Shown here: positions 23,769 to 32,991 of the stretch, one piece after another | How the letters are laid out: each line of letters opens with the position of its first letter | How positions within the stretch are numbered: the stretch's first letter is position 1 | Assembly: GCA_037927135.1 (NCBI GenBank) | Contig: JAXSPP010000001.1 | Location: forward strand, 192,001-256,000 | Source of the DNA: Candidatus Pampinifervens sinense | GTDB taxonomy: Bacteria > Aquificota > Aquificia > Aquificales > Aquificaceae | Direction of reading: 5' to 3' | DNA length: 64,000 nucleotides | Notes under the pieces: generated by a model | Told to the model about the DNA's origin: nothing | Seen by the model: only the letters and a program-made list of their open reading frames with translations | The model's database searches: none | Program-made: the position numbers and the translations under genes

Positions 23769-24368
23769 ATGAGCACAAAAAGGAAGGAATTAAAAGAGCA
23801 AAAAAGGCTTGAAATTATAAGGGCAGCTTGTAAACTCTTTGCAGAAAAAGGCTACTACAACACAACCATACCCCACATAGCCCAGGCTGTTGGCATGAGC
23901 GTTGGAAATATATACAACTACTTTGAGTCTAAGGAGGCGTTGGCAAAGGAGATAATGATAACAGTCTCCAATTGGGTAGCGGAAAGGCTAAGGAAGATAG
24001 AAGAGATGGATGTGGATTATAGGGAAAAGATAAGGCTTTTTGTAAAGAGTTTTTTTGAAATAGCCTTAGAGGAGCCAGAACTTATAAACTACTTTCTAAA
24101 GGTCTTTTTGGTAAACAGGGAGGTCTTTAGCGAAGGCTGTGAGGGCTTTGCCTGTGTGGCAAGCGTTATAACAGAGGTTATGGTCTTTTTGAGCAACGGT
24201 ATAGAAAGGGGGGAGCTTAGAAATCAGAGTTTTTATCCAGCCTTTACCACCATAATGGGCCCCCTTGGTGGTATGGTCTTTTTACACAGCGAGGGCCTTC
24301 TTGATAAATCCCTTATGGACTATGTGGATGAGGTTTCAGAAAACCTTTGGAGGGCTTTGAAAGCTTAG
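23769..24368 (+). CDS. TetR/AcrR family regulator
   Basis: N-terminal HTH (LFAEKGYYNTT...GNIYNYFESKE). Confidence 0.9.
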   Translation: MSTKRKELKEQKRLEIIRAACKLFAEKGYYNTTIPHIAQAVGMSVGNIYNYFESKEALAKEIMITVSNWVAERLRKIEEMDVDYREKIRLFVKSFFEIALEEPELINYFLKVFLVNREVFSEGCEGFACVASVITEVMVFLSNGIERGELRNQSFYPAFTTIMGPLGGMVFLHSEGLLDKSLMDYVDEVSENLWRALKA

Positions 24369-26042
24369 TCTTCTGTGTATGGCAAGGTAAGGTGGTGTTC
24401 TAAAGGGTAGGTGCCTTCGCACAAAGTAGTAGCGTGCTATGTGATAGCTTGGGTCAAAGCCATAAAAGTTTAGCCTCATCCTTTCAAGCTCTTCCTCTCT
24501 GTAGGCCTTAAGGGGCTTTATGGACCAGTCTCTTAGCCTTTCTTCCCTTTTGCTTTTTATGAAGCTTTCAAAATCTTTTGAATTCACAAAGGATAGAACA
24601 AACTCCCTTAGCTTGTTTAAAAACTCCTCCGGGCTTTTGCCAAAAACACCATCCAAAAGGCCAAGTTCAAAGGCCCTTTTTGAACTTATGGGCATCCTGT
24701 TTTCCATTATCTCCCTTCCCCTTTCCCATCCTACCCTTTTGGGCAAGGTATAGGTCCAAAATTCAGAACCATAGAGGTTTCCAATGTTTTTGTAATGAGG
24801 GTTAAGGACCACACCCTCCCTTGCAAAAACCATGTCGCAAGTAAGTGCTAAGAAGACGCCGCCAGCGCCCGCATTCCCCCTTATGCCAGCCACCGTGAGT
24901 TTGTCAAGGGTGGTAAGGATTTCTTCGCAAAGGTCATCCATGGCGTTTATATTCCTCCAAGACTCATCGGCTGGGCTGTCCGAGGCCTCTATGGTGTTTA
25001 GGTTCATGCCATTGGAGAAAAAGTCTTCACCACCCAGCAAAACTATAACCTTCACAGGCCTTAGCTTGGCATACCTTATGACCTCCAAAAGCCTCTCGCA
25101 ATCCTCTGTGGACATGGCACCGTTGTAAAACTCAAACTCTATAAAGGCCACGCCCTTTTCTTCTCTGTAGACTATCTCCCTGTATGTGGGAAAATCCACA
25201 AACTCCCAAGGCTTTATAGCCTCTTCCCTTAGTCTTTCTACTATCCTTTGAGGAAGGACCTTTATGGCAGGAAGCTTTATAGAATGCTTTTCTCTCCTTC
25301 TCATATGGCCTATCCAAAGGGCACCATCCTTTGTTCCTATGCATACGGCATTGTCCCTCCTTGCTATAAGCCTGCCGGGTTCTCCCTTAAGAAAGGCTTC
25401 AGGATGCGCATTAAAGAGGTAGTACTCCTCTCCTTCTATGCTTGCCAAGGCGCCGGGCTGGCTGTCGCTTGCGTATATCTTTTTTAAGACCTCCTCCGTA
25501 GAATCCCTATGCCAGTCTATCTTCCTCAAGCTTATATCTACCTTTGGGTTAAACACACCATCCTCTTGTGGCCTTCCCCTCCTCTCTCCCCTTTCTATCT
25601 TCTCCAAAGCCTCCCAAAGGGCCTCCACGGCCCCTTCCGTTGTCTCCCTCCTGTATAGGCTTGCCTTCCTTGCCCTCCTCATGGGAAAGGCCCTGTGGGC
25701 CCACACATCACCCGCATCGTAGTCTTCTACCGCTGAAAGGATGCAAACTCCCCACTCCTTTTCACCTCTAAGGATGGCCCAATCTAAGGCGTTTGGCCCC
25801 CTGTCCCCCGGTGGCCCGGGATGCACAACAAGGGTCAAGTGCTTCTCCCAAACCTCTTTTGGTATCTTCCTCTTTAAAAAGGGTGCTATGATAAGATCTG
25901 GCTTGTATAGGTTTACTGCTTCTATGGTTAGTTCTGGATGAACGTCAAGCTCCACCGATACCTCATGGCCCCTTTCGGAGAGTTCACAGTAGAACCTCTG
26001 AGACAAAGAGTTGAAGCGATGGCAAAGTAAAAGGATTCTCAT
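24336..26042 (-). CDS. hypX: Hydrogenase maturation factor HypX/HoxX
   Basis: Formyltransferase domain (HPGPPGDRG) plus crotonase-like domain (NGAMST, GNLYGSEFWTY); downstream of hypCD. Confidence 0.92.
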   Translation of the reverse strand: MRILLLCHRFNSLSQRFYCELSERGHEVSVELDVHPELTIEAVNLYKPDLIIAPFLKRKIPKEVWEKHLTLVVHPGPPGDRGPNALDWAILRGEKEWGVCILSAVEDYDAGDVWAHRAFPMRRARKASLYRRETTEGAVEALWEALEKIERGERRGRPQEDGVFNPKVDISLRKIDWHRDSTEEVLKKIYASDSQPGALASIEGEEYYLFNAHPEAFLKGEPGRLIARRDNAVCIGTKDGALWIGHMRRREKHSIKLPAIKVLPQRIVERLREEAIKPWEFVDFPTYREIVYREEKGVAFIEFEFYNGAMSTEDCERLLEVIRYAKLRPVKVIVLLGGEDFFSNGMNLNTIEASDSPADESWRNINAMDDLCEEILTTLDKLTVAGIRGNAGAGGVFLALTCDMVFAREGVVLNPHYKNIGNLYGSEFWTYTLPKRVGWERGREIMENRMPISSKRAFELGLLDGVFGKSPEEFLNKLREFVLSFVNSKDFESFIKSKREERLRDWSIKPLKAYREEELERMRLNFYGFDPSYHIARYYFVRRHLPFRTPPYLAIHRRLSFQSPPKVF

Positions 26043-27160
26043 CTTAGCCCCCTGTATTTAAAGTAGGCGTTGCAAGCACCCTCAGAAGAGACCATGCAGG
26101 ACCCAAGAGGGTTGGAGGGTGTGCAAACACTTCCAAAGAGTTTGCAGTCTGTAGGCCTTGCTATCCCTCTTATGACCTTACCGCATATGCAGGCCGGATG
26201 CTCTTTTGCCTCTGGAAGTCTTACCTCAAACCTCTTTTCCGCGTCAAAGTCCTCATAAAAGGAGTTTATTTTGAGGGCGCTGTAAGGAACTTTGCCAAGG
26301 CCCCTCCACTCAAACTCCTTCCTTAGTTCAAAGACCTCTGCCACAAGCCTTTGTGCCTTTATGTTCCCTTCCCTGCTTACAGCCCTTTTATATTGGTTTT
26401 CCACAAAGGCCTTCCTTTCCCTTATCTGCCTTGCTATCATATAAACGGACTGCATCACATCAATGGGCTCAAAGCCCGATATGACCACTGGCTTTAAAAA
26501 CTCCTCCGCAAAGTATTCATAAGGCCTTGTGCCTATTATTACGCTCACATGGCCCGGCCCTATGAAGGCGTCTATATGCACCTTCCCATAGTCCCTTAGC
26601 TCTGGTGCGTTAAGTATATGTTGTATGGCCGCCGGCGTTATAACATGGTTGCATACCACAGAGAGGTTCTTTAGTCCAAGCTCCTTTGCCCTCTTTATAA
26701 GCACCGCCGTCTGCGGTGTGGTGGTCTCAAAGCCTATGGCAAAAAAGACCACCTCTTTATGTGGATTTTCTTGTGCAATGCCAATAGCGTCAAGGCATGA
26801 ATAGACCATTCTAATGTCCCTACCCTCAGCCCTTATATCCATAAGGCTCTTCCTTTGAGAACCAGGAACTCTAAGCACATCCCCGTAGGTGCAAAGTATT
26901 ACATTCTCTTTTCTTGCCAGTTCAATGGCCAAGTCTACCCTGCTTATGGGAAGGACGCATACAGGACAGCCCGGGCCATGAACAAAGATAACATAGTCTT
27001 CCAAAAGCTGGTCTATTCCGTATTTTACTATGGTATGCGTGTGGCCCCCACAGAACTCCATTATCCTTATAGGCCTTCCTATCTCTTCCACCTTTTTCTT
27101 TATGGCCTTCTGTAGTCTTTTTATACCTTCCGCTTCCCTAAGGGCAGTGTTAAGGCTCAT
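26039..27160 (-). CDS. hypD: Hydrogenase maturation protein HypD
   Basis: CGGHTH, GPGCPVC, GFETT, PGHVS and CMVSSEGAC. Confidence 0.96.
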   Translation of the reverse strand: MSLNTALREAEGIKRLQKAIKKKVEEIGRPIRIMEFCGGHTHTIVKYGIDQLLEDYVIFVHGPGCPVCVLPISRVDLAIELARKENVILCTYGDVLRVPGSQRKSLMDIRAEGRDIRMVYSCLDAIGIAQENPHKEVVFFAIGFETTTPQTAVLIKRAKELGLKNLSVVCNHVITPAAIQHILNAPELRDYGKVHIDAFIGPGHVSVIIGTRPYEYFAEEFLKPVVISGFEPIDVMQSVYMIARQIRERKAFVENQYKRAVSREGNIKAQRLVAEVFELRKEFEWRGLGKVPYSALKINSFYEDFDAEKRFEVRLPEAKEHPACICGKVIRGIARPTDCKLFGSVCTPSNPLGSCMVSSEGACNAYFKYRGLR

Positions 27161-27383
27161 TTTCCTCCTCCAATAGCTCTTCAAAAAGCCTTAGGCTTTC
27201 AAGGGCATAGTCTGGGTCCAGCTTTTGTATGGCAAAGCCCACATGCACAAGCACCCAATCGCCCACCTTTACATCCTCCTGCAAAAGGTCAAGGGAAACA
27301 AGCCTTCTTGCCCCAAAAACCTCCACCACCGCCGTGTTGTCTTCCTTTATTTCAACCACCCTTGAAGGCACCGAGAGACACAT
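27150..27383 (-). CDS. hypC: Hydrogenase chaperone HypC
   Basis: MCLSVP and GDWVLVHVGFA. Confidence 0.96.
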   Translation of the reverse strand: MCLSVPSRVVEIKEDNTAVVEVFGARRLVSLDLLQEDVKVGDWVLVHVGFAIQKLDPDYALESLRLFEELLEEENEP

Positions 27384-27458
27384 GCCATCCTCCTGAATGC
27401 TTTTTCATTCATACTAAAGATATGCCATAGTTCCAATTATGCAATATAATAAAAAGCC

Positions 27459-28142
27459 ATGGAATCAAGGATAAAAGCCCTGCTCATAGACATAGAAGGC
27501 ACCACCTCTTCCCTCTCTTATGTAAAAGATGTTATGTTCCCATACTCTAAGCAAAGATTAAGAGACTTTCTATCAAAGCATTGGCAGGAGGGAAGGGTAA
27601 GCTCTATCATAAAAAGGCTGGAAGAAAAGCTGGGGAAAAGGCTTGACCTTGAAGAGGTGGTAAAGGTCTTTGAAGATTGGATAGACAGGGACCTAAAGGA
27701 GCCTTTGCTTAAAGAGCTTCAAGGGCACATATGGGAGGAGGGTTTTCTATCTGGAGAGTTAAGGGGGCATATATACGAGGATGCATACAAAAGGTTAAAA
27801 GAGTGGAAAGAAAAGGGCTATAAACTCTACATATTCTCCTCTGGATCTGTAAAGGCTCAAAAGCTCTTTTTTGGACACACGGATTATGGAGACCTCACAG
27901 GCCTTTTTGACGGCTTTTTTGATACAACCATAGGAAGCAAAAAGGAGAAAGGGTCTTATGAAAGGATAGCAAAGGAGGTGGGTTTAGAACCAAAAGAATT
28001 CCTCTTTTTGTCCGATGTGGAAGAGGAATTAAACGCGGCAAGGGATGCGGGCATGAACACCATAAAGCTTGACAGGTATGACAGCAAAGAGCCTTCCTCC
28101 CATAGGGTAGTTAAGAGCTTTCTTGAGATTGACCTCCCTTGA
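27459..28142 (+). CDS. mtnC: Enolase-phosphatase E1 (methionine salvage)
   Basis: DIEGTT, LKELQGHIW, FSSGSVKAQKL and FLSD. Confidence 0.92.
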   Translation: MESRIKALLIDIEGTTSSLSYVKDVMFPYSKQRLRDFLSKHWQEGRVSSIIKRLEEKLGKRLDLEEVVKVFEDWIDRDLKEPLLKELQGHIWEEGFLSGELRGHIYEDAYKRLKEWKEKGYKLYIFSSGSVKAQKLFFGHTDYGDLTGLFDGFFDTTIGSKKEKGSYERIAKEVGLEPKEFLFLSDVEEELNAARDAGMNTIKLDRYDSKEPSSHRVVKSFLEIDLP

Positions 28143-29442
28143 GGACTACTTTTAAGGCATACAGCACAAAAATCACACCGCCCGCAACGGCCAAAAGGGT
28201 GCCTACACCCATCAGAGACAGATAAAAGATCACCATAGGGTCCTGGGTAAAGCCAGTGCCGTATGTCTTGCGCGGAGCGCCCTTTAGGCCTGCAAAAAAG
28301 AGTCCAAGGACAAAGAGGACCATGCCAACGCCGTAGAGATAGACCTGTGGTAAGGCCACTTTGCTTAGCTTTTTAACATATCCATAGGACAAAAAGAGGC
28401 TGTAGGCTACGGCCATGAAAGCAAGGGTTTGGCTTGTGATAACTCCATGGTAGTGGGCTGGTATGCTGAGGTTTGAGGACATGCCTATGTATTCTCCCTC
28501 TGGGTTAAGGGCGTAAGAGACCAAAGAAGGAAGGACTCCTGCATAGGCTATAAAGACGCCAAGAAGATAGAGGATTACGGATATGAGGAGGGTTGTGGAG
28601 GGAAGGTTTTTGAGGTCAAGCTTTGAGTTTTTGAGAATGTTGAAAAGATGGAAGAATATGGGGAGGCCAAGGCCTATGGCATAGCCCATATCTGTAAACC
28701 TTCTTGCACCTTCTGATACAGGGTTGCCAAAGATGATGGGCAAAAGCACATACATAAAGCTAAAGGAAAGAAAAAGAAAGCTAAGGTATTTTAGTCTTCC
28801 AATCTGCACCTTTATTCCCTGTTTTTCAAGGAGAAAATACCACGCATAGAGTAGCATGGTGCCGTTTATAAACTGGTGAATATGCCCTGGCGCCCAATAG
28901 AGCCTTTCATAGAATAGGTAAAGCTCTTCTTTTGATCCAGCCTTTGGTATGGAGGTGAGGAAGGCAAAGAACATAAGAATGGAAAGAAGCACCGCCACAG
29001 AGGCAAGGTGTTCCTTTGGTTCTTCCGAAAAAAGGCCTCTTTCTGCACTTTTTAGAAGGCTAAAGGCACCAAGCCAAAAGCCAGAAAAGAAAAGAAGGGC
29101 GCCAAGCCAAAAGATAGGATGGTCAATTGTAGGTAGATAATTATTGGAAACGGCCTTCCCCACACCAAGCAAGGAAACCAAGGCTATTAGCACAATGCCA
29201 CCAAGGGAAAGGTAAAAGGGAGCTTTTAGCTCCTTTTTAAAGCTTATCTGCCAAAGCAAGAGGGTAAAGGTGAGGAAAAAGCCCACTATGGCAAGGTCCA
29301 CATGGCCTATTATGGAATGGTAAAAGTAGCCTGGGGGAACAAGCTTGTATATGGCAGGTGTTCGGGCTATGGCTGCCACAAGGGCAAGAAAGCCTCCAAG
29401 TCCAAGGGAAACTACAGAGAGCAAAAGCCACCTTTTTTCCAT
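28111..29442 (-). CDS. Degenerate heme-copper oxidase subunit I-like membrane protein
   Basis: About 12 TM; GHVD, YWAPGH, PAHYHG and GAPRK resemble COX1 motifs; no helix VII His-His pair. Confidence 0.7.
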   Translation of the reverse strand: MEKRWLLLSVVSLGLGGFLALVAAIARTPAIYKLVPPGYFYHSIIGHVDLAIVGFFLTFTLLLWQISFKKELKAPFYLSLGGIVLIALVSLLGVGKAVSNNYLPTIDHPIFWLGALLFFSGFWLGAFSLLKSAERGLFSEEPKEHLASVAVLLSILMFFAFLTSIPKAGSKEELYLFYERLYWAPGHIHQFINGTMLLYAWYFLLEKQGIKVQIGRLKYLSFLFLSFSFMYVLLPIIFGNPVSEGARRFTDMGYAIGLGLPIFFHLFNILKNSKLDLKNLPSTTLLISVILYLLGVFIAYAGVLPSLVSYALNPEGEYIGMSSNLSIPAHYHGVITSQTLAFMAVAYSLFLSYGYVKKLSKVALPQVYLYGVGMVLFVLGLFFAGLKGAPRKTYGTGFTQDPMVIFYLSLMGVGTLLAVAGGVIFVLYALKVVLKGGQSQESS

Positions 29443-29443
29443 C

Positions 29444-30322
29444 TTATCTCCTCATGTCAAAAACCATTACAGAAAAGAGCAAGGCTATGTATAGCACGGA
29501 GTAGAAAAAGAGGAACATACCGTTGGGCTTTTTGGAAAGGACAAACTTGAAGGTGAGTATAAGATAGAGGGAGCTAAGTATTAAGGCAGAAACAAAGTAT
29601 ATATGGCCTGCGATGCCGTATATGGAAGGAAGGAGGCTTAGGGGCAAAAGGCTTGCGGTGTAAATGAGCGTTTTTATTTTTGTGTGCTTTATGCCCTTTG
29701 CTACAGGGAGGGTTGGTATGCCCGCACGCCTATAATCTTCCGCATACTTTATGGCCAGCACCCAAAAGTGGGGTGGTTGCCACATGAACATTATGAGGAA
29801 GAGTATTAGAGCTTCAAAACCTACTTCTCCTCTAACGGCAGCGTAACCTATCACAGGCGGCAAAGATCCAGATATGCCACCTATCTCCGTAGCAAGGGGG
29901 CTTTTTCTCTTTAGAGCAAGGGTATAAACTACCACATAAAAGAAGGAGGCTAAGAAAACGAAAAAGGTAGCAAGAAGGTTGACCTTTGAGGAGAGAACAA
30001 GGAAGGAGGTCAAAAGTAGAAAAGAACCAAATATGAAGGCATTTTTAGGGTTTATACTTCCGCTCGGCAAGGGCCTATTTTTAGTCCTACTCATAAGGGC
30101 ATCTATGTCTTTGTCAAAAAAGTGGTTTAGGACTGCAGAACCCGCCGAAGCCAAGCCAGTACCCCAAAGGGTCCAAAAGACGAGCCATGGGTCTGGAAAG
30201 CCCCTTTGTGCAAAGTACATACCCGTAAGGGTTGTTATCAAAACAAGTAGAACTATGCCAGGCTTTGTAAGGATTAGATAGTCCTTTAGCACACCGCTGT
30301 ATGTTAAAGCTTTGCTCACCAT
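29444..30322 (-). CDS. ctaB: Heme O synthase (protoheme IX farnesyltransferase)
   Basis: LTKPGI, DKDIDALMSRTKNRPLPSG and WQPPHFW. Confidence 0.95.
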   Translation of the reverse strand: MVSKALTYSGVLKDYLILTKPGIVLLVLITTLTGMYFAQRGFPDPWLVFWTLWGTGLASAGSAVLNHFFDKDIDALMSRTKNRPLPSGSINPKNAFIFGSFLLLTSFLVLSSKVNLLATFFVFLASFFYVVVYTLALKRKSPLATEIGGISGSLPPVIGYAAVRGEVGFEALILFLIMFMWQPPHFWVLAIKYAEDYRRAGIPTLPVAKGIKHTKIKTLIYTASLLPLSLLPSIYGIAGHIYFVSALILSSLYLILTFKFVLSKKPNGMFLFFYSVLYIALLFSVMVFDMRR

Positions 30323-31179
30323 GCAGGCCTTAACCTTGCCTCATAGGATCTTAGTTGAAGGTTGTAAGTGAGCCATGCAAAGAGGAAAAAGCCCATGGCA
30401 GTGTCTAAAAAGACTAAAGGTAGAAAGAATCCTGTTAGCACCATGGATATGGCAAAGACAAATTGGATGTTTATAAGGATGAAGGCGGTCAAAGTGGTCC
30501 TGTTAAAGTTGGAAACCATGGCCAAGAGGAAGGAAAGCCATGTTACGTAGGCTATATTCCTGTGAGCAAACTGGAGAGCCACTTGCCAATTGTTAAGATC
30601 TGGTATGAGCTTGCCGTTGCAAAGGGGCCACTCATGGCCACAGGCCTCACCGGAGCCCGTATACCTTACCAACACACCAGTTATCATAGTGGTTATGGCA
30701 AAAAGGTAGGCCCACCAAGGCACACCACCTTCACCTTCCCTTTTCCATAGAAATCTATAAGTGAGAATGAGAGAACCAAGTATGATCATGGACTCATATA
30801 TGTGGAAAGACTCTAAAAGCATATGGGAAAAGTACTTCAAATGGGGTGTTTCCATCTTTATCATCTTCATACCAGTTAAGGCCGCGGAAAGGGTGAATAT
30901 TAGAGCTATGAGGGATGCTATCTTGGCTGGTTTTGGAGAGTTTTTGTTCTTAAACCACACGAATAAAAAGGTAAGGAGGACGAATATACCAGCAAGACCG
31001 CTTACCGTTCTGTGCCCCATCTCTAGCTTGGCAGAAGTCTCCTTTGGAAGGCTAAAATCTCCGTAGCATAGAGGCCAATCTGGACAGGCAAGACCTGAAT
31101 CGGTTGACCTTACCAGCCCTCCCCATATCATAACCGCGTAGGTAAAGAGTATGGCAAGTATCAATAAAATTCTGAGCAT
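30316..31179 (-). CDS. ctaA: Heme A synthase (COX15/CtaA family)
   Basis: SGLACPDWPLC, EMGHR, a second CGHEWPLCNG and QFAHR. Confidence 0.88.
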   Translation of the reverse strand: MLRILLILAILFTYAVMIWGGLVRSTDSGLACPDWPLCYGDFSLPKETSAKLEMGHRTVSGLAGIFVLLTFLFVWFKNKNSPKPAKIASLIALIFTLSAALTGMKMIKMETPHLKYFSHMLLESFHIYESMIILGSLILTYRFLWKREGEGGVPWWAYLFAITTMITGVLVRYTGSGEACGHEWPLCNGKLIPDLNNWQVALQFAHRNIAYVTWLSFLLAMVSNFNRTTLTAFILINIQFVFAISMVLTGFFLPLVFLDTAMGFFLFAWLTYNLQLRSYEARLRPAW

Positions 31180-31190
31180 AGTACATTAAA

Positions 31191-32057
31191 TTATATATCA
31201 AGTAATCTAATCCAAATTGGTATTGTTATGAAGCTAAGTATCATACCCACACCAGCGCTGGCAAGGGCAAGGCTGTAATTTAGCCCATACTTCAACATCA
31301 AAAGGCTGGCAGTTATCATGGTAGGCATGGCGGACTCAAGCACAGAGACTTTATAGGCCAAGCCCCCCACTGGTAAAAGCTTAAAGATCATCAAAGCCAA
31401 AAATGGTGAAACAAAAAGCTTTAAAAATAAGGCAGTAATCAAAAGTCTAAGATCCCTTTTTACATTAGAAAGTTCTAGGGAGAGCCCTAAGGAAAAGAGG
31501 ACCACTGGCAAAAGGGAGGCTATAGAAAAGTCTATGAACTTCCAAAGGTAGTCCGGAAGGCTTATACCCCTTGTCAAAAAGCCTAGAGTTAATCCCAAAA
31601 AGGGTGGAAAGAAGAGCACAGATCTGAGGCTTAACTTACCATTTATGATCAAAAAGCCCAAAGAAGAGACGGCAAGAAAGGAACCCATGCTATCGTATAT
31701 GACGGCATACTTTAGACCTTCTAAGCCAAAGTAAGAAAAGGTATAAGGATATCCTAGAAAAGCCGTATTTCCAAAGGCGGAAACTACCATGAGACTTCTA
31801 AGATCAATAGTGTCTAGCTTCAAAAGCCTTCCTACTATGAAGGCACACGCTATGGAAAGGACTATAACTATCCAGGCACCAAGGCCTATGAAGAACACCT
31901 CCTTTGAAAAACCCAAGTGGTAGGCTGTTTTAAAGCTGAGCTGTGGTAAGGCAAAGTAGAGCACATAGTTTACAAGCACTTTAGAGTGGTCGCTAGAGAA
32001 TATACCCCCTTTTTTGAAAAGATAGGCTAGGCTTACAGTTAAGAAGACCTCAAGCAT
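31191..32057 (-). CDS. AEC (auxin efflux carrier) family transporter
   Basis: YFALP, FGNTAFLGYP, LFSLG and ESAMP; multi-TM. Confidence 0.85.
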   Translation of the reverse strand: MLEVFLTVSLAYLFKKGGIFSSDHSKVLVNYVLYFALPQLSFKTAYHLGFSKEVFFIGLGAWIVIVLSIACAFIVGRLLKLDTIDLRSLMVVSAFGNTAFLGYPYTFSYFGLEGLKYAVIYDSMGSFLAVSSLGFLIINGKLSLRSVLFFPPFLGLTLGFLTRGISLPDYLWKFIDFSIASLLPVVLFSLGLSLELSNVKRDLRLLITALFLKLFVSPFLALMIFKLLPVGGLAYKVSVLESAMPTMITASLLMLKYGLNYSLALASAGVGMILSFITIPIWIRLLDI

Positions 32058-32991
32058 GCAAAAAGCTTTCTATCTGTCTTCTTATTATGCCATAGGCTCC
32101 AAGGTGCAATCTTAAAAACTTTTCAAGCCTGCCTATAGGTAATAGGTTTTGGGGAGACCTCTTATCCTGGAAAGCCTTGCTGGCAAAAAGGGGCAAAAGT
32201 CCAGCGGACAAATCTGCAAGTCTCTTTACCTTTTCAAAGTTCTCCTGAGGAAAGATCTCCACCCTTGCAATGCCATGAAGACCTTCATAATCGTTCAGCT
32301 TTACATACCAGGTAAGCTTATCCACTTTTTCCTTTTCTTCTTGCCTTTGTTGATAGTGTAGCTTTATTATCGGGCTCCTCTGGCCGGGCTTTAAAGAATA
32401 AAGAAGGTTCAAATACCTTTTATCAAAGTACAGTCTTTTTATGCTCTTTACAAATCCCAAGGCGGGTGTATTCCTAAGCTTGTAGCTAAGCGTTCCATCA
32501 CAAAGGATTAAATCTTCTGGAAATTTCTTGAGAGCTTGTAGGGCTATGCTGGCTTCCAGCTCCTCCCTCATGTACCTGTTTATCTCAACAGATATTTCCC
32601 CATTTACAGGAAAAGGCCTGAAGTTGAGAAGGCTTTGAAGCAGAAAACTTCCCCTGAAAGCCATCAACCTTTCTACAGTGCTCAGGATCAGAGACTCCTC
32701 CACATGGTTTAACCTTCCATACTCTACCCTTAAAGCACCAGCACCTAAAGAAACAAAGGCTCCTTCGGAGCTCTCACCAGTCTCCTCATCCCTTATATAC
32801 ACCAAACACTCCGTCCTTCTAACACCGTCTATAAAGATCAGGCTAAAAAATCCTTCAGGCTTTACACCATCATAAACCTTTGGCTCTTCTGCAAAATCTA
32901 AAAACTGTTCGGACTCTTCCACCTCAACCTGCTCTATCTCCACAGGCTGTTGGGGGCTTAGGGATATGCTGTACCTTCCTAAAAGCTTCAT
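32050..32991 (-). CDS. NurA-like nuclease domain protein
   Basis: FIDGVRR, DGTL, GFVKS, L-x-PGQRSP and RSPQNLLPIGRLEKFL. Confidence 0.7.
   Translation of the reverse strand: MKLLGRYSISLSPQQPVEIEQVEVEESEQFLDFAEEPKVYDGVKPEGFFSLIFIDGVRRTECLVYIRDEETGESSEGAFVSLGAGALRVEYGRLNHVEESLILSTVERLMAFRGSFLLQSLLNFRPFPVNGEISVEINRYMREELEASIALQALKKFPEDLILCDGTLSYKLRNTPALGFVKSIKRLYFDKRYLNLLYSLKPGQRSPIIKLHYQQRQEEKEKVDKLTWYVKLNDYEGLHGIARVEIFPQENFEKVKRLADLSAGLLPLFASKAFQDKRSPQNLLPIGRLEKFLRLHLGAYGIIRRQIESFLHA

Noticed and set aside
27412-27427. Possible sigma54 promoter upstream of hypC (minus strand TGGCAT-ATCTT-TAGTA)
   Set aside because: The -12 TTGC element is missing.
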